Source: an uncultured Parachlamydiaceae bacterium
GTDB lineage: Bacteria > Chlamydiota > Chlamydiia > Chlamydiales > Parachlamydiaceae
Reading direction: 5' to 3'
DNA: 64,000 bases
Assembly: GCA_963752155.1 (NCBI GenBank)
Contig: CAVVXH010000011.1
Location: 264,651 to 328,650, forward strand
In this document: one piece after another, positions 29,809 to 40,538 of the stretch
How positions within the stretch are numbered: the stretch's first letter is position 1
Layout: every line of letters starts with the position of its first letter
Position numbers and translations under genes: made by a program
The notes under the pieces: model-generated
Seen by the model: the letters and a program-made list of their open reading frames with translations, nothing else
Told to the model about the DNA's origin: nothing
Database searches by the model: none

Positions 29809-30594
29809 ATGCTAAGTTTTTCCAGAATAAAAGGCGTGTTTCTACGTTACTACTATAACTTGATCAAAGGGCTTCATCAGCTTTCAGATCTATTTTATTG
29901 GCCGCTAGTGGATATTTTACTTTGGGGCTTAACATCGATCTGGATCCAAAAGCAAAGCCATGTTTCAAATCTGCCTTTGCTCCTTATGACAGGACTTATC
30001 TTCTGGCAAATTGCCTGGAGAGGTTCGGTCGACATCTCTTTAAATCTTCTGCAAGAAATCTGGCATCGCAATCTTGTCAATCTGTTCTCAACGCCGCTAA
30101 AAATTTCCGAATGGATTTGTGGAGTGCTTTTGTTATGTTTTGCTAAACTTGCCGTCACAATCGCTTTTGGGACGGTCGTGATCTATATGCTATATTCCCT
30201 GAATGTCTTTACTGTAGGATGGGGATTTCTCCCCTTTGCAGCTCTTCTTCTTATGTTTGGATGGTGCCTGGGCTTTGTTGCTGCAGGAATAATTGTCTAT
30301 TGGGGACATCAAGTGGAGATGTTGGCTTGGATGATCGCTTTTGTTTTTGCTCCTTTCAGTGCAGTCTTTTATCCGGTAGATGTTTTACCTGGATGGGCAC
30401 AAACGATTGCATGGAGCCTGCCCTCCACCTATGTTTTCGAAGGGATGCGTAAAATTCTGAATGGAGATCCTTTTCCTTATTCTTATTTAGGATTCAGTTT
30501 GCTTTTAAATCTCGTCTATTTAAGCCTTGCAATCTCATTTTTTTACAAAATGTTTGAAAAGAGTCGAATGAAAGGTCTTGCGAGATTAGAATAA
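29809..30594 (+). CDS. ABC-2 type transporter permease
   Basis: ~6 TM helices; 'FYPVDVLPGWAQ...LPSTY' ABC-2 motif. Confidence 0.9.
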   Translation: MLSFSRIKGVFLRYYYNLIKGLHQLSDLFYWPLVDILLWGLTSIWIQKQSHVSNLPLLLMTGLIFWQIAWRGSVDISLNLLQEIWHRNLVNLFSTPLKISEWICGVLLLCFAKLAVTIAFGTVVIYMLYSLNVFTVGWGFLPFAALLLMFGWCLGFVAAGIIVYWGHQVEMLAWMIAFVFAPFSAVFYPVDVLPGWAQTIAWSLPSTYVFEGMRKILNGDPFPYSYLGFSLLLNLVYLSLAISFFYKMFEKSRMKGLARLE

Positions 30595-30607
30595 ACTATA
30601 ATAATCT

Positions 30608-32293
30608 TTAATCGGATGGAAAGAGGTTCTCTTGCTTGAGGAGAAGTTCTTTTTTATGAAATGCAATGCCAAAAAGAACAATTTTTTTAACTCCAGCATT
30701 CTGTAGTTCAGTGGCATATTTTTTTTGATGGATTTGTTCCAAAGCACGATATGCACATTCTTCCATGGATTCATTCGCATTTTTTTTCTTAAACTCGATT
30801 ACAAAGCCCGGTTGTAATAAATCATGTGGAATTACCACAATATCATAACGTCCATAACCACTTTCTCTATTGGATTTTACAACATAGCTCTGAGAAAAAA
30901 CAACAAGCAGGCCAAGAACAAAAAGATGATAGCTACTTTCAGGTACATCCTCAGAGATATCATGCCAACTCATGCTTTGAACAATAAACTTAGATAATAA
31001 TTCTGAAAAAAGCTCTCCATCTCCCTTTTGCAAAACTTCATTAAGCACTTCTACTTCTGAATATCCTAAACTTTGCCTAAAAAGTTCGTCGATGAGATTT
31101 TTAAATAAGACATGGAGTTCTTTATTAGGAATAATGAGATCAGCAGTTTGAATTCCTTCCTTAAGAGTATATGAAACTGCTGTCAAATAACCGCTGAATA
31201 AAAGCAAAGACCAAAGAACATTTGGATTAGCTTGCATACTGGGAAGGACCATATTGTCTTCAACGCGAACTTCCGGAAGAATCTTGCCTGCAAGAAGTTC
31301 TGCACATGTATCTTTAATGTGAGGACTTGCTGTAGCAATCATTTTGGTGACGAGGGCATTGTCGCTTGTGTTAGCCCAATAGGTAAGGAATTTTCCTTCT
31401 CCCTTAACACAACATAACGAAGACCAAGGATTATAAATTTTAGTCTCACCTACCAGATAACCATTATACCATTGTTGAAAATCAATTTTGATATTTTCAA
31501 GCGCATAATCCCCTAACAGTTGATCTATTTCAGATTCAGTAAACCCGAACTTATCTGCAAACCGCTGTTCTGATATAGTGAAAACTTCGAGATTATTCAA
31601 TCCTGAAAAAATTCCTTCCTTAGCTGTGCGTAGAATACCGGTAAGAACTCCAAATTTAAGGCTTGAATTATCTTTGAGGGCATCGCCCAAAAAACTTCGC
31701 ACGAATCCGATGGCTTGTTCGTAATATCCTTGAGTAAGAGCACGATGAATGGGAGCATCATATTCATCAATTAAAATAATGGTTTTCTCACCATGATAAC
31801 GCTCCAAAAAATTCGACAAATAAAGTAAACTCCTATGATATTCACTTTCAGAGCTTGCATAAGTGACGATTCTATTAAAAATTGCTTTTTCACTGACACT
31901 CAAAAGGTCTCCATCACACAAGTATTTATGTCTACGATATTCATTTGCAATTACCTGTGCAAACTTCTCGTAAGTTGCCTCCCAACTTGATTCTTTAATT
32001 CCCTTGAATGTTATAAAAATTAAGGGGAATTTCCCCTGCATGGTTCGAATTTTTGCCACACTCCAAATTTTTTTATCTTCAAAAAGATAGCTGTTTGAAT
32101 GTTCCGACTTTTCAAAAAAATATTTTAACATTGAAAGATTCAATGTTTTTCCAAAACGGCGTGGTCGTGGGATTAGAGTGACTGCCCCCCCATGAATAAG
32201 TAAGTCTTCAATGAACAATGTTTTGTCGATGTAATAGTAATCTTCATCAATAAGTTCTTTATAATCGCTAAGACCGATAGGCAGACGCTGCAT
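30608..32293 (-). CDS. AAA-ATPase-like protein with PD-(D/E)XK nuclease domain
   Basis: LPIG.SD, RPRRFGKTLN, IDEYD, YNPWS, 'SNRESGYGRYD...IEFK'. Confidence 0.9.
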   Translation of the reverse strand: MQRLPIGLSDYKELIDEDYYYIDKTLFIEDLLIHGGAVTLIPRPRRFGKTLNLSMLKYFFEKSEHSNSYLFEDKKIWSVAKIRTMQGKFPLIFITFKGIKESSWEATYEKFAQVIANEYRRHKYLCDGDLLSVSEKAIFNRIVTYASSESEYHRSLLYLSNFLERYHGEKTIILIDEYDAPIHRALTQGYYEQAIGFVRSFLGDALKDNSSLKFGVLTGILRTAKEGIFSGLNNLEVFTISEQRFADKFGFTESEIDQLLGDYALENIKIDFQQWYNGYLVGETKIYNPWSSLCCVKGEGKFLTYWANTSDNALVTKMIATASPHIKDTCAELLAGKILPEVRVEDNMVLPSMQANPNVLWSLLLFSGYLTAVSYTLKEGIQTADLIIPNKELHVLFKNLIDELFRQSLGYSEVEVLNEVLQKGDGELFSELLSKFIVQSMSWHDISEDVPESSYHLFVLGLLVVFSQSYVVKSNRESGYGRYDIVVIPHDLLQPGFVIEFKKKNANESMEECAYRALEQIHQKKYATELQNAGVKKIVLFGIAFHKKELLLKQENLFPSD

Positions 32294-32390
32294 AGTTTTC
32301 CTTTTAGTATAATATCCGTACTATAAATTAAATATACAGCATCTGGAGATTAAACTACAAGGTGTCATTTATCTCTCATTAGGGCATATT

Positions 32391-32720
32391 TGAAATCTGG
32401 CGCTATTTCAAGTTGACTTGTAAAAAATTTTTTGGAGTGCGTGTGGCTCTGCCACCGCGCGAGAAGTCGCTTAAAGATTACTGGCAGCATTACAATTGGC
32501 TATGTTCACTTGTACACGAGAAACTTTCGCTCAATTATTCCTCCTCTGTGATCTCTGTGGTAAAAAAAAATCTACCACAGAGAACACAGAAGGAGGAATA
32601 ATTGAGCGAAGAAGTGAACAAGACTCTACAATTAATTAAATAGACCTCTCGCGCGGTGGCAGAGCCACACGCACTCCAAAAAATTTTTTACAAGTTAACT
32701 TGAAATAGCGCCAGATTTCA
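32391..32720. repeat. Family A palindromic element containing a nested family B MITE
   Basis: Long terminal IRs TGAAATCTGGCGCTATTTCAAG...CTTGAAATAGCGCCAGATTTCA. Confidence 0.9.
32498..32625. mobile_element. Family B MITE (GGCTATGTTCAC / GTGAACAAGACT ends, 8-bp TSD)
   Basis: Flanks TTACAATT / CTACAATT; internal hairpin; second copy at 42124-42265. Confidence 0.8.
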
Positions 32721-32803
32721 CCTCATTTCTTCAATAATTTGACATAAATTATTCAAAGTTATATCAAGAAATTTAAGGGATAAATTAAAATGATGACTTA
32801 AAT

Positions 32804-33316
32804 ATGTATTCATTTCAAAATTTGATAAAAATACTTACTGCTTTTATATTTATGGGTTATTGCAATCCATTAGGAGGATCTATGAAAATCAGTAGTCCTG
32901 AATTTAATCAGGGACAAGCCATTCCCAAAAAATTTTCATGTCAAGGTGAAAACATTTCACCTACTTTAATTGTCAAAGAGATTCCAAAAAATACTGAAAG
33001 CCTTGCTTTGATAGTTTCAGATCCTGATGCACCCTCAGGCACATTTGACCACTGGGTCGTTTGGAATATTCCTGTAACAGAAACGATTTCTGAAGGAGCT
33101 CAACTTAAAGATCAAGGAATTAATAGTTTTGGCAAAAAAGGCTATGGGGGACCCTGTCCACCTGTTGGACAAAAACATCGTTATTATTTTAAGTTATATG
33201 CACTTAACACCACTTTGAACTTACCTGCTGAAAGCTATAGCTATCACCTCATCGGTGGTATTATGGGACACGTACTTGATGAAGCCGAACTCATGGGAAC
33301 TTACCAAAAAGATTAA
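32804..33316 (+). CDS. YbhB/YbcL family (PEBP/Raf kinase inhibitor-like) protein
   Basis: DPDAP, HWVVWNIP, YGGPCPP, HRYYF; alternative start at 32882 with AGGAGG. Confidence 0.9.
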   Translation: MYSFQNLIKILTAFIFMGYCNPLGGSMKISSPEFNQGQAIPKKFSCQGENISPTLIVKEIPKNTESLALIVSDPDAPSGTFDHWVVWNIPVTETISEGAQLKDQGINSFGKKGYGGPCPPVGQKHRYYFKLYALNTTLNLPAESYSYHLIGGIMGHVLDEAELMGTYQKD

Positions 33317-33336
33317 CTCATTTTGGAGACTCTATA

Positions 33337-34206
33337 ATGAAAGCTATGTGGAGTGGATCCTTATCCTTTGGATTAGTCAATATTCCTATTAAAGTTTATG
33401 CGGCATCTGAGGAGCATGCTATACAATTTCGTATGCTGCATAAAAAAGACCTTTCTCCCATTCAGTTCGTACGTCTGTGTCAAAGTGAAAAAAAAGAAGT
33501 TCCTTATAGTGAAATAGTCAAAGGGTATGAATACAAAAAAGGTGAATATATCGTAATCGATGAGGATGAACTTAAAAAAGTCAATCTTGAAAGAACTTCA
33601 ACTATTGAAATACAACAATTTGCAAATCTATCAGAAATTGAAATTATCTCTTATGAAAAACCTTATTATTTAGAACCTGAAAAAAAGGCCGGTAAAGCCT
33701 ACCGATTGTTAAACGAAGCACTCAATAAGTCAAAAAAAGTAGCCATCGTCAATTATGTCTTTCACAATAGAGAACACCTGGGTGCCATTATTTCAAGCAA
33801 TAACGTTCTGATGCTGATTCAAATGAGATATCAGGCTGAAATTCGATCCACTGATGAACTCACGTTGCCAAATGAAGAGATCACTTCCAAAGAACTCCAA
33901 ATGGCATTGGATCTTGTCAATCAGCTGACAATTCCTTTTGATCCTGAAAAATATCACGACACCTACTCTGAAGAGGTTATGGAGCTCATCGAGAAAAAAA
34001 TGAAAGGAATAAAACTCCCTAAGAAAGCAAAAGAACATCTACGACCTTCTGAGGCCCAAGATCTGATGGAGCTCCTCAAAGCCAGCATGAAGTCAGCTCC
34101 AAAAAATTCACCTAAGAGTAAGGAACAAAGTAAAAAACCCTCTAAAGACAAAATTCATCCTCTTTATCCCAATACTAAGGCTAAAGTTACGAAGAAAGCG
34201 CAATGA
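33337..34206 (+). CDS. ku: Non-homologous end-joining protein Ku
   Basis: MKAMWSGSLSFGLVNIP, KGYEY, PYYLEP, FDPEKYHDTY. Confidence 0.95.
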   Translation: MKAMWSGSLSFGLVNIPIKVYAASEEHAIQFRMLHKKDLSPIQFVRLCQSEKKEVPYSEIVKGYEYKKGEYIVIDEDELKKVNLERTSTIEIQQFANLSEIEIISYEKPYYLEPEKKAGKAYRLLNEALNKSKKVAIVNYVFHNREHLGAIISSNNVLMLIQMRYQAEIRSTDELTLPNEEITSKELQMALDLVNQLTIPFDPEKYHDTYSEEVMELIEKKMKGIKLPKKAKEHLRPSEAQDLMELLKASMKSAPKNSPKSKEQSKKPSKDKIHPLYPNTKAKVTKKAQ

Positions 34207-36035
34207 AACAAAAACAGCGTAGCATTAGACCCATGTTGGCAACCTTCGTAGATCGACCCTTTGACGATGAAGGGTGGGTATTTGAAATCAAACTCGATGG
34301 TTTTCGAGCTATTGCCATTCTAGAATATAATCAAATAGAACTTCATTCTAGAAATTTACTCTCTTTTAACGATCGCTTTCCTTTACTTGTCGAAGAACTA
34401 AAGCAATTAAGATTGAATGCCGTCTTAGATGGAGAAATTGTGGCTTTAAACCAGAATCAAATTCCAAAATTTCAATTATTACAAAATGCTCTCCCTCAAA
34501 CTGAAGTCTTTTTTTATGTATTTGATATTTTATATCTAAATAATATAAATCTTCAAAATTTACCCTTAATCAAGCGAAAAGTCATATTAAAAGAAAATTT
34601 AAAAAATACTCTTCACGTTCGCTATTTAGACTTTATTGATGCTCGGGGAATCGATTTTTTTAAGGTCTGTCAAGAAAGAGAATTAGAAGGAATCGTCGCA
34701 AAAAAAAAGAATAGCCACTACTTAGAAGGGATCCGATCGAAAAATTGGCTTAAAATCAAAAATGAACATCAACAAGAAGTCATTATCTGTGGATTTACTG
34801 AACCTAAAGGTGGGAGAAAGGGGTTTGGAGCTTTGCTCGTTGGTGTTTATAAAGAAAAACAACTTCATTATGTCGGGCATGTGGGAGGAGGATTTACCCA
34901 AAGACAATTAAATGAGATTAAAACTCTTCTAGATCCACTGATAATAGAAAAGAGTCCCTTTTCAATCCCACCAAAGACTAATACCAAAGCAACTTGGGTC
35001 ACTCCTAAATATGTGTGCGAAGTTAAATTCAAAGAATCAACAAAAGAAGGCATTATGCGCCAACCTATCTTCTTAGGGTTTAGAGAAGATAAACTTCCAA
35101 ATGAAGTAGAGGAGGAAAAGCCAATTCATACTAAAAAAACAAATAAGAAAAATATTCTCGATGCCTATCCCTTTCTAACTCATCTTGATAAGCCTTATTG
35201 GGATAAAGAAAAAATTACTAAAGAAGATATCCTTCTTTATTATGCCTCCGTTGCTAAATATATCCTTCCTTACTTGAAAGACCGCCCACAAGTCTTAAAG
35301 AGATATCCAAATGGAATTTCGAAACCCAGTTTTTATCAAAAAAACCTTGCAGATCATCCAAGTTGGATCCAAACGGCATTTGTAGAGCATGAGCGAAAAA
35401 CTGTAGAATATCTTTTAATCCAAGACATTCAGAGCTTAATGTATGCTGTGAACTTAGGTTGCATTGAAATTCATTCCTGGTTTTCAAGAATACAAAATTT
35501 ACAAAATCCCGATATCTTGCTTTTCGATTTAGATCCTGAGGATATTTCTTTTAATGCTGTGATTGAAACAGCCCAATCTTTACATGCTATTTTAGAAGAT
35601 ATCAAGGTTCCTCATTTTTGTAAGACCTCAGGGGCTACAGGCCTACACATTGCTGTACCATTAGGTGCGAAGTATCCTTTCGAGCAAGCTAAACAATTCG
35701 CTCAATTGATTGCAATCAAAGTAGTAGAACACCTTCCAGAAATAACTTCAATAGAGAGAAAACCGATCCACAGACAAAAGAAAGTTTACGTAGACTATCT
35801 GCAGAACAATTTTGGACAAACAATGGCAATGCCTTACAGTGTCAGAGCTAGAGCGGGTGCCCCTGTTTCAACTCCTTTAGTATGGAGTGAAGTCACCAAA
35901 GGTTTAAATCCGGCAGATTTTACGATCTTTAATACGGTTGAACGCATTAACAACTATGGGGATTTGTTTAAGAAAGGATATCAAAAAGGAATCGATCTTA
36001 AAAAAATCTTGGAAAAATTCAGAGCAAAGTTATAG
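34203..36035 (+). CDS. ligD: DNA ligase D (ligase plus primase-polymerase domains)
   Basis: EIKLDGFR, EGIVAK, WLKIK; FDLDP, KTSGATGLH, DYLQN, PYSVRA. Confidence 0.93.
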   Translation: MKQKQRSIRPMLATFVDRPFDDEGWVFEIKLDGFRAIAILEYNQIELHSRNLLSFNDRFPLLVEELKQLRLNAVLDGEIVALNQNQIPKFQLLQNALPQTEVFFYVFDILYLNNINLQNLPLIKRKVILKENLKNTLHVRYLDFIDARGIDFFKVCQERELEGIVAKKKNSHYLEGIRSKNWLKIKNEHQQEVIICGFTEPKGGRKGFGALLVGVYKEKQLHYVGHVGGGFTQRQLNEIKTLLDPLIIEKSPFSIPPKTNTKATWVTPKYVCEVKFKESTKEGIMRQPIFLGFREDKLPNEVEEEKPIHTKKTNKKNILDAYPFLTHLDKPYWDKEKITKEDILLYYASVAKYILPYLKDRPQVLKRYPNGISKPSFYQKNLADHPSWIQTAFVEHERKTVEYLLIQDIQSLMYAVNLGCIEIHSWFSRIQNLQNPDILLFDLDPEDISFNAVIETAQSLHAILEDIKVPHFCKTSGATGLHIAVPLGAKYPFEQAKQFAQLIAIKVVEHLPEITSIERKPIHRQKKVYVDYLQNNFGQTMAMPYSVRARAGAPVSTPLVWSEVTKGLNPADFTIFNTVERINNYGDLFKKGYQKGIDLKKILEKFRAKL

Positions 36036-36037
36036 TT

Positions 36038-36271
36038 TTATTGAATTGGACACCCATCATCTTCTTTAGGATTTGAATCTTTTTTCCTATTTTTGAAGTT
36101 TCCGGGGGGAATGCTCATGTCTGGCCAATCCTGAAAAACTAGATTAGTCAGTGAACTATCCTTAAGCGGGTTAACATCAGTTTTAACTTTTTTTTTCGAT
36201 ACTCGCTTAGGGCTTTGAATAGAGGTATTAAATGGATCTAATTTTGGTTGTTTTGATGATGATGGTTCCAT
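36038..36271 (-). CDS. Small basic disordered protein ending in CaaX-like CPIQ
   Basis: 77 aa; AGGAG RBS; PKRVSKKKVK; ends DDGCPIQ. Confidence 0.6.
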   Translation of the reverse strand: MEPSSSKQPKLDPFNTSIQSPKRVSKKKVKTDVNPLKDSSLTNLVFQDWPDMSIPPGNFKNRKKDSNPKEDDGCPIQ

Positions 36272-36682
36272 TCTAATCTCCTAATTTTAATAATTTGTAT
36301 TCCACGTTCAATAAATATAAAAGCTAATATTTACCCCCATAATTTTATTATCTAAAATTATTCATATTTTATCAACATAATTTTAAATCTTTAAAGCATC
36401 AATCGATTTTTTAACAAAAGATATTGAAAATCAAGTAAAAAATTTTATTAATTTAGAAGATTTAAATAACTATTTAACAAATACTTGTACAAATTTAATT
36501 AGAAATAATTTTGAGAAATGTAAAGAGCAGCTAAAGAAGAAATTTATATTTTTCAAGGGTCGATACCAACAAGATTCGATCATCGGCACACTTTATCCTG
36601 AAATAATCAATAAGATAGTAAGCAATATTACCTTCTATGATACAACAATCGATTCTATAAAAAAGGATTTCTCAACGTCATT

Positions 36683-38053
36683 TTAATTAATCAATATTTC
36701 TATCGCCTCTTCAACGACTTCAGCTCCGATAATATTAATTTTGCTTTTAATTGCTTCCGATATCCCCTTAACATTCCGCTTTGGGATCAAGCAATGCTTA
36801 AAGCCCATGTGAACAACCTCCTTAAGCCGGCTTTCAATGCGACACACGCTTCGCAACTCACCCCCAAGCCCAACTTCACCTATCACAGCAGTATCTCCAT
36901 TAATATTCTGATTGCGCAAAGAAGACGCGACAGCGAGGAGGACTCCCAAATCGATTCCTGGTTCGATGACGCGCAATCCTCCGGCTATTGAAACGAACAC
37001 ATCGTTACGATACATTTGGTAGTTCATTCTTTTCTCTAAAACTGCCAGAAGCAATGCCAACCGATTCTGATCAAGGCCCGTACACCTACGTGAAGGGGAT
37101 GGAAAAAATGTCGGAGTCACTAGAGCTTGTACTTCAATGAGGAGAGCTCTAGTGCCTTCCAAAGTCGGAATAACGACTGAACCTATGGCGTCCTTCATCC
37201 GTTCTTCTAAAAATACCTGGGAAGGGTTGGGAATTTCTATCAACCCTTCGCTTCCCATTTGGAATACTGCCATTTCATCTGTCGGACCGAAACGATTTTT
37301 AATCACTCTAATCATTCTATAATTGTTTTGTTTGTCCCCTTCAAAATACAAAACAGTATCCACTAAGTGCTCTAAGACGCGAGGGCCGGCAATTTCTCCG
37401 GATTTGGTCACATGTCCAATCAAAAATGTTGCAATATTTTTATGTTTTGCAATGTGCATGCATTCAGTTGCTGTTTCACGCACTTGTGAGACAGAACCTG
37501 GGGCCGAGGAAATTTCACTTTTATAGACGATCTGAATCGAATCGATGATCAGAACACTTGGATTTATCAATTCAATTTGTGCCTTAATTATCCCAAAATT
37601 TGTTTCGCTGAGCAAAAAGAGATTGTCACTTTCGATTCCCAAACGACGAGCACGCATGGAGGTTTGTTCGATAGATTCTTCCCCGCACACATAGAGTACT
37701 ATCAGGCCCTTGTTGGCAAGGGCATTGGAAAGTTGCAGAGTTAATGTCGATTTACCTATTCCTGGATCGCCTCCAATGAGAGTTAAAGAACCTGGGACAA
37801 GTCCTCCACCTAAAAGACGATCGCATTCATGAATTCCTGTAACGATCCGAGGGGTATCAGCATGGGCGATCTCTTTAAGCTTAAGAGGTCTCTTCGTAGA
37901 TGAGGAGGCATATTCGAAGCGTCCTGCGGTTTCCTGCACCTCAACTTCTTCATGCAAGCTATTCCATTTACTGCATTGTGGACATTGCCCTGTCCACTTA
38001 GACTGCTTATGTCCGCATTCTCCGCAATACCATACGTTTTTTTGTTTTGCCAT
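36683..38053 (-). CDS. radA: DNA repair protein RadA/Sms
   Basis: CxxC...CxxC zinc finger, GDPGIGKST, KNRFG; ATG at 38053. Confidence 0.96.
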   Translation of the reverse strand: MAKQKNVWYCGECGHKQSKWTGQCPQCSKWNSLHEEVEVQETAGRFEYASSSTKRPLKLKEIAHADTPRIVTGIHECDRLLGGGLVPGSLTLIGGDPGIGKSTLTLQLSNALANKGLIVLYVCGEESIEQTSMRARRLGIESDNLFLLSETNFGIIKAQIELINPSVLIIDSIQIVYKSEISSAPGSVSQVRETATECMHIAKHKNIATFLIGHVTKSGEIAGPRVLEHLVDTVLYFEGDKQNNYRMIRVIKNRFGPTDEMAVFQMGSEGLIEIPNPSQVFLEERMKDAIGSVVIPTLEGTRALLIEVQALVTPTFFPSPSRRCTGLDQNRLALLLAVLEKRMNYQMYRNDVFVSIAGGLRVIEPGIDLGVLLAVASSLRNQNINGDTAVIGEVGLGGELRSVCRIESRLKEVVHMGFKHCLIPKRNVKGISEAIKSKINIIGAEVVEEAIEILIN

Positions 38054-38132
38054 TGCTACCGTAGTTATAGTTGATTTCGAGTATAGCTGTTGAGGCAATT
38101 ATTTTAAAGATTCATCAAGGGAACGATTTTTT

Positions 38133-38202
38133 TAAATCTGGCGCTATTTCAAGTTGACTTGTAAAAAATTTTTTGGAGTGCGTGTGGCTCTGCCACCGCG
38201 CG
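38133..38202. repeat. Half (left arm) of a family A element
   Basis: Matches left arm of 32391 element; truncated at azoR stop. Confidence 0.85.
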
Positions 38203-38212
38203 TGAAGAAGGT

Positions 38213-38851
38213 TTAATCATAAAGCACTGAAGCCAATTTTACGGCCCTTTCCTTGGCTTCTTTGACAATTTTTTCTTTTTGTTCAGGAGACGACGTAGGT
38301 TCAATCACAATTGACTTGATGTTCTTATCCTCAAAACCAATGAATTTCAAGATTGTCTCCATATAGGGTTTTTGTAAATCATAGCTCTCACTGCCAGTTC
38401 CATGACCATAGGCTCCCGCTCGAGAATATATGAGGACAATATCTTTCCCTTTTATAAGCCCTTTATAGCCCTCTGTCGGTGAATAAGTGAACGTATATGT
38501 AGGTTGCACAATCACATCAATATAATGCTTCAAGACATATGGAATACAAAAATTCCACATCGGCAGAGAAATCACATACATATCAGCTTGCTTAAAATTA
38601 TTAATGACTTTTTCGACCTCTTCCCAAGCTGTTTTTTGTGCTTCCGTGTGTTTCTGCCCATGCATAATGCTATATTTTGCATCAATGACATCTCCATCAA
38701 AGGATGGTAGCTTTTTTTGCCACAAGTCTAGCATCTCGATTTCAACATTTGGATGATGTTGACGATAACTTTCTAAAAATGTTTTCGAAACATCGATCGA
38801 AGAGGATCTTTTTTTTCTCGGAGAACTTTCAATATAAAGTAAATGGGTCAT
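38213..38851 (-). CDS. azoR: FMN-dependent NADH-azoreductase
   Basis: SSPR...S.S, PMWNF.IP..LK.YID, FIG. Confidence 0.9.
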   Translation of the reverse strand: MTHLLYIESSPRKKRSSSIDVSKTFLESYRQHHPNVEIEMLDLWQKKLPSFDGDVIDAKYSIMHGQKHTEAQKTAWEEVEKVINNFKQADMYVISLPMWNFCIPYVLKHYIDVIVQPTYTFTYSPTEGYKGLIKGKDIVLIYSRAGAYGHGTGSESYDLQKPYMETILKFIGFEDKNIKSIVIEPTSSPEQKEKIVKEAKERAVKLASVLYD

Positions 38852-38940
38852 TTTTCCCTCAAATTAAATCTTAACAGCCAGACTTATGCCTGGGGTCAGT
38901 ATCCAATGAAAGAGAAAAAGTGTCAATATTATTATTTTGG

Positions 38941-40398
38941 TTATGTGGTTTGAGCCTGATTTGCAAATTTTGTAGGAGAAAGATTATTTCCCAATTTATT
39001 CGTGGCTATAATTGAGATACCGATCATAAGAATAGAGGAAATCCCAATAATGGAAATGTGTCCGGATGTTGAACCAAAAGCTATGAGAAGAAATTGATAA
39101 AGGCAAGATGCGCCTGACTTACCAAGACGAGAACCGATACTGTCAATGACAGATTTTGCTCTCATCCTCTCTTCCGATTCAATGGATAAAAATGCCATTT
39201 CCTTGGTGGCATCAAAAAGAGTGTATTTAGCAGTTAATGCTAACACGTAATGAATAGAACCTAAAAAAACGACGAAATAAATAGGACTCACAGCAAAGAA
39301 TGAAGCGATAGGTTCAAGCATATGCGAAGGAAGCATAAGGGCTGTGAAAAAAAAGGTGCTAGTCACAAAAAGAGTTGTAGGAGTAATGAGTGCAACTTTT
39401 GTCCAAGTAAAGTTCTGAAATACCCAACGGGAGATAAGAGCAGAACTCACTGCCATAAATCCAATCACTGAAGTCAATTGATTGATATAGGCATTATAAG
39501 CCTGAGCACAAGGATATAAGGATCGAATATTTTCTTTCCACACCACTTCAATCAGACTACTTGTAATCCCAAAACCTACAACTAAAGTCGCAATACACAA
39601 AAGCGGACCTGATTCAATGATTGCTAAAATATTATCTTTAAATGAGTAAGTTTTCTTTGTGGATTTAAGAGGAATGATTTTTTTCGGTTCGTGTGTCGAA
39701 AGTACTCTGTTAATCCCCATAATGAGGCATCCACATACAACAACAATGGAAGTGATAAGCTGAAATGTGACCTCCCATGAAATTATTTCTGTTAAGTATT
39801 GAGACATGTAATGGGAAATCTGCCCAGAAATAATGCCTGCGAAGTTTCCGACAAACATACATAAAGGATAAAATTTAGTCGCTTCAGCGAGAGAAGTGGT
39901 CGAATTGACATATCCCCAAAATAAAATAGAAAGAATAAGAAGAGACCATAGCTCAGCCATCAGATAAAAAAGAGTATAGTGCCAAAAACAAATCATGGCA
40001 ATAAAACCTTTACACCCCTCCGGCAATATCGACTTCAAATATTCTTCGATAGTGGAAAGATATAAAGCATTCGAATTGGGGTAAAGTACGAAAGCAAAAA
40101 AGAGATAAGAACCGAGTAAAAAGCATACAAAAGCATAAAATGTCTTTTCCCTGCCATATCGATTATAAAGCTTAGAAAAAAGAAAGCTTGCGCCAATGGC
40201 CAATGGGAGCATTGCCCAAATTTTAATAAATGGGATGACTTCTGCTCCGGCATTACTCGCTGTAATAACAATGGAATCTTTCAGATCTTTCAACGTATGA
40301 TAGATAAAAATAATTAGAAAGAATTGAAGCAAAATCAAAAATTGCTTCTTTGCATGAGTGAGAACTGTAGTGGACTGAATTAAATCTTGATTATTCAT
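38941..40398 (-). CDS. Npt1/Npt2 (NTT, TLC) family nucleotide transporter
   Basis: LKD, GAEVIPFIKIW, AELW, KY.LFD.TKEMA, RLGKSG motifs; many TM helices. Confidence 0.88.
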   Translation of the reverse strand: MNNQDLIQSTTVLTHAKKQFLILLQFFLIIFIYHTLKDLKDSIVITASNAGAEVIPFIKIWAMLPLAIGASFLFSKLYNRYGREKTFYAFVCFLLGSYLFFAFVLYPNSNALYLSTIEEYLKSILPEGCKGFIAMICFWHYTLFYLMAELWSLLILSILFWGYVNSTTSLAEATKFYPLCMFVGNFAGIISGQISHYMSQYLTEIISWEVTFQLITSIVVVCGCLIMGINRVLSTHEPKKIIPLKSTKKTYSFKDNILAIIESGPLLCIATLVVGFGITSSLIEVVWKENIRSLYPCAQAYNAYINQLTSVIGFMAVSSALISRWVFQNFTWTKVALITPTTLFVTSTFFFTALMLPSHMLEPIASFFAVSPIYFVVFLGSIHYVLALTAKYTLFDATKEMAFLSIESEERMRAKSVIDSIGSRLGKSGASCLYQFLLIAFGSTSGHISIIGISSILMIGISIIATNKLGNNLSPTKFANQAQTT

Positions 40399-40538
40399 AG
40401 GCTTTTTTTTTCGCGTGAATTGAGAATTCAAGCGAAAAAAATAGCTTTAGAGTCAGATATAAAGGAATACTGCATCCTTTTAAAGGAATATATCAGAATT
40501 TGAAATTATAGTCTACGACATTATATTGAGTTTTGTCA

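Noticed and set aside
32413..32601. 62-aa ORF, and similarly 25831-26019 and 28011-28196
   Set aside because: Lie within or run into MITE palindromes, or overlap better-supported genes; spurious
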